A stretch of 64,000 bases of DNA from Candidatus Levyibacteriota bacterium (GTDB taxonomy: Bacteria; Patescibacteriota; Microgenomatia; Levybacterales; UBA12049), in the NCBI GenBank assembly GCA_052034235.1, contig JBPOIT010000005.1, forward strand, positions 49,698 to 113,697, read 5' to 3'. This document shows positions 1 through 7,845 of the stretch, one piece after another (the stretch's first letter is position 1; every line of letters begins with the position of its first letter). The notes below the pieces were generated by a model. The model saw only the letters and a list, made by a program, of their open reading frames with translations, was not told where the DNA came from and made no database searches. The position numbers and the translations under genes were made by a program.

Positions 1-988
1 CTCTAACTACTCCTATTTTACGTGCTGAAGAGACAGTGCTTCTAGGATCTTCAAATAACTTTCCTACTTGTCCACGGTTCATTGCTTTATCTGGATCGAT
101 CGGTAAGCCTGTGAGTATTACTCCTACAGATTTTCTCACGATATGCTTCCTTCCTCCGTCATCTGTTAGAGTTACTCTGAGTGTTGACCCTTCATCGTCA
201 GTTGGTTCTGTCATTACAAAAATTTTTGCTGGTTTTTCTGGGACTATACCTTGGCCTTTTTTATTCAGCTCAGTGAGAGCATCCCCAACTCGTTCCTCCA
301 CTTCTTTCCCAGTCGGTACATGTTCTCCTTTTTGCTGAACATATCTTCCTTGAACGCCCCCTGCGTCAGTGGTTACAACTTCGTCCCTAGATGGTCTCGC
401 TAATCGTTCACGTACCTCCCTCGGCGAACGCCCTGTTGTATCAGATAGTCTATCAACCACTGCTCCTCGTACTCCTTCTTTGGTTCTTTCAGGTAGATTT
501 TCTTTTTTACCTTGATCTCTACTATCTCCCCCCAGAACTCGTCTCCTCTTCGGTATATCACGTGGAGTTGGACGATTTCTTGGTGGTGTTATATCAGCAT
601 CCAGCTTAGCGGGTGATCCGGTTGGATCAGCTGGTACTTCTGGCGGTTCTCCACTTGCTCTGCTTCTTGAAACTCTTGGTGGTAAGGTAGGTTCCACTCC
701 TTTATCGCTTGGTGTAGGTTTATCAGGTGGTACTTTTGGTCCTTCTCCATCTCCACCATTTCGTGGACCTTCTGCTGTAGCTGTAGGATAAATTCTCCCT
801 TTTAAAGAACCGCCCGGTGGAATTGGTTGTCTACGTGTTTCAATCGTCGCTGGAATTTGAGGAGTTGCACCTAAATCAACACCAACTCTCCGAATGCCAG
901 AATCTATAGTCGGACGGGTACCTCCCACTCCCGAATTCCCAGTTTGTCCATCTAAGCCTCTTTTTCCTCCTTGCCCTTCAACTGCCAT
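1..988 (-). CDS. Tagged island protein, partial (C-terminus lies beyond the window start). Its first ~118 aa are near-identical to those of the 4934..7741 gene: MAVEGQGGKRGLDGQTGNSGVGGTRPTID...
   Basis: Manual reverse translation from ATG at 988-986 gives MAVEGQGGKRGLDGQTGNSGVGGTRPTID, identical to the N-terminus of ORF 4934..7741. The frame stays open to the window edge. The + strand ORFs 36..338 and 391..609 are antisense shadows of it. Confidence 0.6.
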   Translation of the reverse strand, partial: MAVEGQGGKRGLDGQTGNSGVGGTRPTIDSGIRRVGVDLGATPQIPATIETRRQPIPPGGSLKGRIYPTATAEGPRNGGDGEGPKVPPDKPTPSDKGVEPTLPPRVSRSRASGEPPEVPADPTGSPAKLDADITPPRNRPTPRDIPKRRRVLGGDSRDQGKKENLPERTKEGVRGAVVDRLSDTTGRSPREVRERLARPSRDEVVTTDAGGVQGRYVQQKGEHVPTGKEVEERVGDALTELNKKGQGIVPEKPAKIFVMTEPTDDEGSTLRVTLTDDGGRKHIVRKSVGVILTGLPIDPDKAMNRGQVGKLFEDPRSTVSSARKIGVVR

Positions 989-998
989 AATGCCACGT

Positions 999-1004
999 AT
1001 TATA
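999..1004 (-). promoter_or_regulatory. Extended -10 box (TGTTATAAT) 10 nt upstream of the ATG of the partial tagged gene; implies a leaderless transcript
   Basis: The minus-strand sequence upstream of ATG 988 reads GTGTTATAATACGTGGCATT-ATG. No Shine-Dalgarno motif is present. Confidence 0.4.
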
Positions 1005-1180
1005 ACACGACGTAGGTTATTTCTCACTACGCGTGAGCATATAACATAGAGTCGGGTGAGCTAAAGGCGATAAGCGTCACGGCTTGCACCAGTTTGCCTG
1101 ACCTTCAAAAAGTTTTTGATACGCGTACTCATTTAAACAAACAATTATATTACAATCTTTGGATACTTATATTTTTTGAA

Positions 1181-3640
1181 TTATTCGCTAGCTGAATTTT
1201 GGGGAGACATGTTTCTAAAAGCTTTTCGCGCAGCTAACTTTTTGATATTTTTGATAGAGCTTCCACCTACGGTGTATTCCCTTGGTTCTTCACCCGGTAT
1301 GGTAATACGAACAGTGCATGTAAATTTTCTTTCAGGTCCTGAAACCTCTGTTATTTCATAGTGTGGTTCCTCCCATCCTTGACGACTCGCTAACGTTTGC
1401 AAAGCTTCGAGATAATTTCCTTGATTAACATGTACAGGTCTATCTCTTCGTGGAACATTTGAATAAATGATATTTTCGTATTCCCTATTTGGCATATGAC
1501 TTCGTGCCTGCTTGAGAACATCTTTTGCAGCAGCAGTTTCAACTTGATTTCGACTGGATCCTGTAAATTCATGTGATTGAAGTGTCACATCTCCAAAAGT
1601 GACGCTTGCGGTAACTTTGAATAATGGGTTATCTGGTGGCCCTTCTTGTGTAACCTCATAATTCGGAGGATTCCATGACTTAGTTTTGCACATTTCCTTG
1701 AGTTTTTTCCTTAAATCTGTTGTGGTATATTTATCTTGTGAAACATCTTCAACAGGGCTTTGAGAAATTTTCGAAAGGACATTCCATAACGCTAATTGTT
1801 CAGATTTAGTTTGAGAATGAGCTGTGATTTGGTCAGAGGTCATCGGTGTATCACCTATCTGCATAGTTGCAGAAGTGGTAGATTGCGGTTCATACGCTAA
1901 TCCATGTTCCTGTGTTGTAAATTCTGGAGCAGACCATACTCCACGTTGCTCTCCTAACTGAACAATTTGAGGTGCTAATTGGGGATTTTCATAGATATGC
2001 GCAAGGACATCTGATTTTAATCTTGCAACGGATCCATCTTCCAATACCGTTCCTCGTAAAATCAAATACTGATCATATACTGATAATCTACCATCAATTA
2101 GTCTCCTTTGCACTTCTACTCCTACATTTTCCGGAATAACTCCATCACGAGAGGTATCCCTAACAACTCTCGTAAATAAACTTGGATCTACCGATCCTAA
2201 GTCTTTTTGCTTTTGCACTCTAGCTACTTCTCTTTTGGATTCAGCGACATAAAATTTTTTCGTATGTATTTTTTCATTTGTAGTTTGAGAATTTAATCTT
2301 CGTGCCATTTTATCGAGTTGGTCAGGTGTATAGGGAGACTCTTCACCTCGCATATGAGCTATAACTATTCTTTGATTCACCAAACTCGCATGAAGTCTGA
2401 GACCAATACCTCCAGGTGCGTAAGCATCAACACCCATGGCCATATGTCCTTCTGGTTCTACGCCGAATGAAGCTCTACCATAAAGGACTTGTAACCTATC
2501 ATTTACTTCGTCTAGTGGCTCTCCAGATTTATTCATTGCTGCATTTTGATATATTATTCTTATATCTTCTGAATCCGGATCACGTACTAATCCATGCTGA
2601 TTCCTGTAGAGTGCTGGTAAACCATGACGTGCCAAATACTTACCAAAAGCAGTATTTAATTTTATTTTTGCCTCTTGAACGATTTTATATCCTGTCATAT
2701 CTTGACCAACCTGAATGATATTTCCATCCTCATCAGTGGCTAATCCGCTTTGAGAATCATACATTACTAACGATCCTTTTCTTGATCGGTCTCTTTCAAG
2801 TGCATCCGCTACAGAGCTGAGTAATGTAGCTTCTCCAAAACGGGGATGACTCGGATCTTTGAGTATTTCACTAAATTCTTTAGGGCTCATTCGTCCTGCA
2901 CTCGTAAATGCCGTTTGGGTAATCGAGGTTTTATCACGATCATTAAATGGAACATGCAACGTCAGTGTTGGTCTTGTTTGTCCAGGTAATAAACTCAAAC
3001 GGGATGCTGACAATGGACGAGGCAGCATAGGTGTAACAGTATCACTACCTCGATACCCCGTGAAGCCTCTTGCTTCAGCTTCTACGTCAATAGCTGTATT
3101 CGGTCGAACAACAGCGGAGACCTCTGATACTGATACTTGTAACGTATGTGTATTTGCTGGTTCTGTTACCACACCAAGTCCATCATCTAAATCTTTTGCT
3201 GTACTCGGGTCAATAGTTATGCCGTGCACTTCTTCACGACCGGTAAGTATCGCTTTGAGCTTGGGTAATGCGGCAACTTCACGCATAACTTCTGGAGGAA
3301 ATTCAAAACGCTCCACAATACCCGTTGCTCTTACTCGCCGTGGAGATGAAGCAGGTGCGGGTTCCTGTGCTTGTGTTTCAAAAATGACTCCTCGATCTGC
3401 TGGTTTTGTAGTCGGAGGAGGTGTATCTGAGGTTTCCCGGGGCTTTTCAGGTTCTGCAGGAGTTAAGGATGCCTGAGGAGCACTGATCCCCGGAGTGCTA
3501 TCTCTTCCACGTAGAATGGCACGTGTGGGTTCATGAGTAGAGGAAATTGGCCCAAGATGTCGGAGACCATCAGCTCCCAATCGACTTGGTGGGACCGGAT
3601 AACTTGGTCTATCTTGACCTCCTGAAAATTCAACACCCAT
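1181..3640 (-). CDS. RNase II/R-family 3'-5' exoribonuclease (RNB domain) fused to two C-terminal dsRNA-binding domains. It has an N-terminal MGVEF tag and a Pro-rich linker
   Basis: RNB motif I: HGITIDPSTAKDLDDGLGV aligns to E. coli RNase II VTIDSASTEDMDDAL. TVTPMLPRPLSASRLSL aligns to FNIPMLPRELSDDLCSL. The C-terminus carries two dsRBD-like units (…GPPDNPLFKVTASV…AAAKDVL and …GPERKFTCTVRI…GGSSIKNIKKLAARKAF). No cold-shock or S1 domains are present. The N-terminal ~150 aa are low-complexity. Confidence 0.75.
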   Translation of the reverse strand: MGVEFSGGQDRPSYPVPPSRLGADGLRHLGPISSTHEPTRAILRGRDSTPGISAPQASLTPAEPEKPRETSDTPPPTTKPADRGVIFETQAQEPAPASSPRRVRATGIVERFEFPPEVMREVAALPKLKAILTGREEVHGITIDPSTAKDLDDGLGVVTEPANTHTLQVSVSEVSAVVRPNTAIDVEAEARGFTGYRGSDTVTPMLPRPLSASRLSLLPGQTRPTLTLHVPFNDRDKTSITQTAFTSAGRMSPKEFSEILKDPSHPRFGEATLLSSVADALERDRSRKGSLVMYDSQSGLATDEDGNIIQVGQDMTGYKIVQEAKIKLNTAFGKYLARHGLPALYRNQHGLVRDPDSEDIRIIYQNAAMNKSGEPLDEVNDRLQVLYGRASFGVEPEGHMAMGVDAYAPGGIGLRLHASLVNQRIVIAHMRGEESPYTPDQLDKMARRLNSQTTNEKIHTKKFYVAESKREVARVQKQKDLGSVDPSLFTRVVRDTSRDGVIPENVGVEVQRRLIDGRLSVYDQYLILRGTVLEDGSVARLKSDVLAHIYENPQLAPQIVQLGEQRGVWSAPEFTTQEHGLAYEPQSTTSATMQIGDTPMTSDQITAHSQTKSEQLALWNVLSKISQSPVEDVSQDKYTTTDLRKKLKEMCKTKSWNPPNYEVTQEGPPDNPLFKVTASVTFGDVTLQSHEFTGSSRNQVETAAAKDVLKQARSHMPNREYENIIYSNVPRRDRPVHVNQGNYLEALQTLASRQGWEEPHYEITEVSGPERKFTCTVRITIPGEEPREYTVGGSSIKNIKKLAARKAFRNMSPQNSASE

Positions 3641-3650
3641 ATAAGCCTAT

Positions 3651-3659
3651 ATTATACCA
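3651..3659 (-). promoter_or_regulatory. Extended -10 (TGGTATAAT) 10 nt upstream of the ATG of the RNB gene. It overlaps the stop codon of the upstream gene
   Basis: The minus strand reads TGGTATAAT-ATAGGCTTAT-ATG. The same TATAAT-ATAGGCTyTw-ATG arrangement precedes the 3652..4746 gene. Confidence 0.45.
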
Positions 3660-4746
3660 TCTTTCCTCCCGTTACCGCGAGGATTTTACTTACCTGTTCA
3701 TCAACTGCTTTTGCACTTACAGATACAATTAATTCTCTATATGCACTCTTACTTACCGATGATTCAAAAAATGGATCAAAAAATTTCTCTCTCGTTGGCC
3801 TAATCCTATCTCTAGCCTCACTTCTAATTATTCCTGTCACTTCTGCCCATCTACTTTCGCCACTTTCTTGGGCTGTTATAGTTAACGCAGATAAAAAATT
3901 TGTTAAATTATGAGTACTTACCGTTTTTGGATAAGAAGGTAATAAGTACTCATGACTATGCAAATTATGTAATCCTGAATAGGACAAATTTGGCCATGTA
4001 AATAATTCTACTAAATGATCAACACTTGGTGGGATTCTGTGATGCATATAAGGATTTATATAATCACATACTGATAATCGAACATTTGGAATTTCATCAA
4101 CAATTTTCCGTACTTTTTTATCAATTGCTGCATATTGATCTCTGGTCGGAGTCGGACCTCTCCCTGAATAAAATACAAGATCAAGATCAGCAGGTTTATT
4201 TTTCGAACTTGGTTGTACATATGTTCCCAATGCATCCCTAACAAGCATGCCACCTGATGCACCACTCCCTACAAGAACAAGCCCTGCACCTGTAAAACCG
4301 AACGTATTATACTGTGATTCCATTTCTCCTTCAACAACCTGCATAACTTTAGCAACATCTGGATGGGTGAGCTCATTCATGAGTTGTGTATGGTTAGCAA
4401 CTGCTTCAGCTATTGTAGTTACAGGTTCTCTGACGAGTGAAATAGCATTTTGACGTCGCTCTTCTAATTGATCAAGGGGCATGCGTCTTTGCGGGTTATC
4501 CCATGGTGTTTGAACACGATCCTGTACAAATCGAGCAACCCGTACACTTAACAATCGAGCAGCACCCGAAGTTCTAGATACTTCTGCTCTTTCACCATTA
4601 TCTTCAATTATTCCTCCATTTAAGGCTGTTGTTGGGGATAAAACATTAGGTATAGGTCCAATTCGTGACAATTCTTTCCACCCGCCTGAGTCTCTATTTG
4701 TTGTTACTCTTCTTTCAGAATTTCCTCTGACATTTTCTATCCCCAT
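3652..4746 (-). CDS. Tagged Pol-beta-superfamily nucleotidyltransferase whose head domain resembles poly(A) polymerase / CCA-adding enzymes
   Basis: Motif GGMLVRDALG…(16 aa)…DLDLV matches the PolyA_pol/CCA head signature GGxVRDxLLG…DxD. N-terminal MGIENVRGNSER tag. Confidence 0.45.
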   Translation of the reverse strand: MGIENVRGNSERRVTTNRDSGGWKELSRIGPIPNVLSPTTALNGGIIEDNGERAEVSRTSGAARLLSVRVARFVQDRVQTPWDNPQRRMPLDQLEERRQNAISLVREPVTTIAEAVANHTQLMNELTHPDVAKVMQVVEGEMESQYNTFGFTGAGLVLVGSGASGGMLVRDALGTYVQPSSKNKPADLDLVFYSGRGPTPTRDQYAAIDKKVRKIVDEIPNVRLSVCDYINPYMHHRIPPSVDHLVELFTWPNLSYSGLHNLHSHEYLLPSYPKTVSTHNLTNFLSALTITAQESGESRWAEVTGIIRSEARDRIRPTREKFFDPFFESSVSKSAYRELIVSVSAKAVDEQVSKILAVTGGKMV

Positions 4747-4756
4747 AAGAGCCTAT

Positions 4757-4765
4757 ATTATAACA
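4757..4765 (-). promoter_or_regulatory. Extended -10 (TGTTATAAT) 10 nt upstream of the ATG of the nucleotidyltransferase gene
   Basis: The minus strand reads TGTGTTATAAT-ATAGGCTCTT-ATG. Confidence 0.45.
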
Positions 4766-4933
4766 CAGCAATAATTTTTGTAAATTACTAGGAGATTCCA
4801 TATCAGGACAATTGGTTTTTCTTAATTTCACGCTTTTTAAAATATCACACTTTTGGTAGTAAAAAATTGCAAATCTATTTCACTAGGTGCTTGAGGATAG
4901 TATATTAATACAAGCTCATCACAATGAAAATGT

Positions 4934-7741
4934 CTATTCTTGAGTATTCCTTGCGCTTTGTTCACTCAGACGGATAAGTTGTATCATATATGCATCTTTT
5001 CTTGGTCCTTCTAGATTTCGGACAATATTCTCAAACGCCCTTAACGTTACCTCAGTATCCATTCCATAGCTTATTTGTTTTTCAACGAGAGATCGAAGTA
5101 ATATTACTCGTTGACTATCAGTTAATTTAGTTTCTGGTGAAATGAGTCTATTTTGTACTGTTGTAAATAGTGTTTCATTTGCAGGTAAAACCCGTATCAC
5201 ATCTATATCCCAATCAGTAACTTTAATATCCTCCAATGTGTGTAAAGCACCCTCAGTGTCACCAGTTTTTACCTGACCTTCAAAAAGCTTATGATACACA
5301 TACTCACTTAATACTGATTCTCCAATCTCTTCTTTAACTGTTTGGAATAATTGGTTACCCCCTATATCAATTTGTGCAACTGCTAGATCGAGTAAATACT
5401 CTTGTCTTTTTTCAGGCGAAAGAGTTCTATCAGCTCTTACTGAGACAGCACTCGCATCGATTTCCGCATTTAGTCTTTCTTTTTCAGCAGCAGGAGGTGG
5501 ATCTTCAGTATAGATATCCGCTAAATTTTGCATTGCCATAGTACGAAATTCACTACGCGTTTCACCGATAATCTCATATAATTCATTTTTATCAGCATCA
5601 GTTAAAATACCATATGATTTTAATCCATTTCTTGCTGCAATCGATCTTTCCTGTGGGTCTTTTATCGTTCTAATTTTATCCATAGCATTAGTTACATCTC
5701 TCTCGGCTTTAGTTGTATCTCCCGTTTGCATAGCTTTTTCTCCTGCTTCCATATATCCGTCAACTATAACACGAGAAAATTCATCTAAAGTAAAACTTCT
5801 TACAGCATCTGTGCTTTTCCCAATTCTAGCCAAATATGCATTTTGTATCCTGGCAACACCTAGTTTATCCCCATTAGCTGCATAAGTCCTCCCTAACTGA
5901 AATAATTGTATGAGTGCCATATCACTTTCAGAAATATCAAGTATGTGTGCTTCTGCTTGTGGATAGTGACTAGCTGAAGGTTCATCCATGTAGCGATCTG
6001 CTAATGCTTTAAGTAATGCATCTCGACTAATATTGTCTTCAGGATTTGTTTTCTTTTCCAAAGAACCAACAAGTTCCTCGGCATCCACCAATGTTAGTGA
6101 TTCTTCTCCAGGAGAGAAAATCGGAGTGTCAACACGCTCCCTATGTAACATTGCTGTATATATAGAAGCCTGTATTTCTACCAAACTGCTCCGAAGAATG
6201 CCATCAAGGTCACTATCTCCTGTATTAAATTCTACATAATCCATTTGATCAGCTATTGCTCTCGCTGTATCGATATACCCGGTTTGTGCGTATAAAATAG
6301 CTATATTCCCGCGCAACTCGTTTCTTGTTAGTTCAGGTATACTAAATTCATCTTCTACAAATTCTCCTACTTCAATTAGTTGTCTTGCTTTGTCCATCTC
6401 TGCTTTTTCACTCTCTGGAGAAATATTTGCAGCTAGTTTTGCCATCTTTATTTGAGTGTTAATAACACCTATTCCATGTGATTCACCAATGCCTTGTGAT
6501 AAAAAAGTGCTTGTCTCTCTGAATCCTTCAACCAAATCTTCCGGTGGAGGTAATTCCAATTCTTTGAATAAACTGAGTAGATAACCATATTTAAGCAAAC
6601 GTCTACCAGGTTCATCATCTGCGGCTGATCTTTGGAATTCTCCTATTAATGCTTGAGCTTTTGCTGCAGGATCGTATGGTTGACCTGATTCTGCTGTGAC
6701 TCCCCTTGCTTCAGGCAAAACTTCTTCCTGCCCCTCTTCTAGTGTAATTGCTGGCACAACACTCAGAGCAGGCCTTGCAGGAGGTGTTTCGTCGACCATA
6801 CTCTCATCAGTGTCATCTCCAGGATGGTGTATTACATCTCCGGGTGGAGCTGATACAGTTTGTTGTGCATCACCATCAGTAGTAGTCGGTGATCCGGGTA
6901 GAATTCCTTCAGGGACTTTTCTACCAGCCTTCGCGTAATCAACTTCAATCCACTCACGAACGACATCATTAGGGGGCTCTTTTCCTTCATGATCATTTCT
7001 ATATAACTTTTTTCTCCATTCTGTACGTTTTGAGATTATAAATTCTATTGAAGGCAGTTGAAACCTATCTCCTAAAGCTGGCTGTTCAATCACATCTCTT
7101 CCTTGTAACATAAAATCCTTCGGCTCAACTCTTAGTACCTCAGGATGAACGTTCAAATCCTCTGGAATTTCTTCACCTGCAACTCGAAAATATTCTCTCT
7201 TCCATCTTCTCACTTCATCTGGTGGAGGCTCGGTACCGTCATGCTCACTTCTATATTGCTCAGCTCGCCATCCTGATATTATTTCGATCATAACTGATAC
7301 TGGTGGTGTCGTTAGAGGTGCTGATGTTTTTTTTCTCTCTGCTGGAGGCTGAGGTACATCAGGTTTACCTGAGACTGGCTCTTCGGTAACTTCTGGCGGT
7401 TCTCCACCTGCTCTGCTTTCTGAAACTCTTGGTGGTAAGGTAGGTTCCACTCCTGTATCGCTTGGTGTAGGTTTATCAGGTGATACTTTTGGTCCTTCTC
7501 CATCTCCACCATTTCGTGGACCTTCTGCTGTAGCTGTAGGATAAATTCTCCCTTTTAAAGAACCGCCCGGTGGTATTGGTTGTCTACGTGTTTCAATCGT
7601 CGCTGGAATTTGAGGAGTTGCACCTAAATCAACACCAGCTCTCCGAATGCCAGAATCTATAGTCGGACGGGTACCTCCCACTCCCGAATTCCCAGTTTGT
7701 CCATCTAAGCCTCTTTTTCCTCCTTGCCCTTCAACTGCCAT
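4934..7741 (-). CDS. Tagged helical-repeat (TPR-like) protein. It has a duplicated W-rich ~45-aa motif and is a paralog of 7846..10158
   Basis: N-terminal MAVEGQGGKR tag plus a GVDLGATPQIPATIETRRQP motif. An internal duplication (ISGWRAEQYRSEHDGTEPPPDEVRRW / ISKRTEWRKKLYRNDHEGKEPPNDVVREW) is present. The long C-terminal alpha-helical region shares a motif with the next gene (LTDSQRVILLRSLVEKQISYG vs LTDSDRIILFQQIAEKQIQFG). Confidence 0.55.
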   Translation of the reverse strand: MAVEGQGGKRGLDGQTGNSGVGGTRPTIDSGIRRAGVDLGATPQIPATIETRRQPIPPGGSLKGRIYPTATAEGPRNGGDGEGPKVSPDKPTPSDTGVEPTLPPRVSESRAGGEPPEVTEEPVSGKPDVPQPPAERKKTSAPLTTPPVSVMIEIISGWRAEQYRSEHDGTEPPPDEVRRWKREYFRVAGEEIPEDLNVHPEVLRVEPKDFMLQGRDVIEQPALGDRFQLPSIEFIISKRTEWRKKLYRNDHEGKEPPNDVVREWIEVDYAKAGRKVPEGILPGSPTTTDGDAQQTVSAPPGDVIHHPGDDTDESMVDETPPARPALSVVPAITLEEGQEEVLPEARGVTAESGQPYDPAAKAQALIGEFQRSAADDEPGRRLLKYGYLLSLFKELELPPPEDLVEGFRETSTFLSQGIGESHGIGVINTQIKMAKLAANISPESEKAEMDKARQLIEVGEFVEDEFSIPELTRNELRGNIAILYAQTGYIDTARAIADQMDYVEFNTGDSDLDGILRSSLVEIQASIYTAMLHRERVDTPIFSPGEESLTLVDAEELVGSLEKKTNPEDNISRDALLKALADRYMDEPSASHYPQAEAHILDISESDMALIQLFQLGRTYAANGDKLGVARIQNAYLARIGKSTDAVRSFTLDEFSRVIVDGYMEAGEKAMQTGDTTKAERDVTNAMDKIRTIKDPQERSIAARNGLKSYGILTDADKNELYEIIGETRSEFRTMAMQNLADIYTEDPPPAAEKERLNAEIDASAVSVRADRTLSPEKRQEYLLDLAVAQIDIGGNQLFQTVKEEIGESVLSEYVYHKLFEGQVKTGDTEGALHTLEDIKVTDWDIDVIRVLPANETLFTTVQNRLISPETKLTDSQRVILLRSLVEKQISYGMDTEVTLRAFENIVRNLEGPRKDAYMIQLIRLSEQSARNTQE

Positions 7742-7749
7742 AATGCTCT

Positions 7750-7758
7750 ATTATAGCA
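7750..7758 (-). promoter_or_regulatory. Extended -10 (TGCTATAAT) 8 nt upstream of the ATG
   Basis: The minus strand reads TTTTGCTATAAT-AGAGCATT-ATG. Confidence 0.4.
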
Positions 7759-7845
7759 AAAACTAATTTATTTATATAATTTTATAAATAAACATAAATA
7801 AAGACTGCAATCAAAAATATCACTGGAAATTATATTTCCAAATAA

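Noticed and set aside
36-609. The + strand ORFs 36..338 and 391..609
   Set aside because: They lie antisense to the partial tagged gene that runs from 988 off the window edge. Reverse translation of the minus strand gives the conserved MAVEGQGGKR N-terminus, so the + strand ORFs are shadow ORFs in a GC-richer, low-complexity region.
2859-3476. 205-aa + strand ORF inside the RNB exoribonuclease gene
   Set aside because: It is antisense to a well-supported RNB domain and has low-complexity Ser/Gly/Val composition typical of shadow ORFs.
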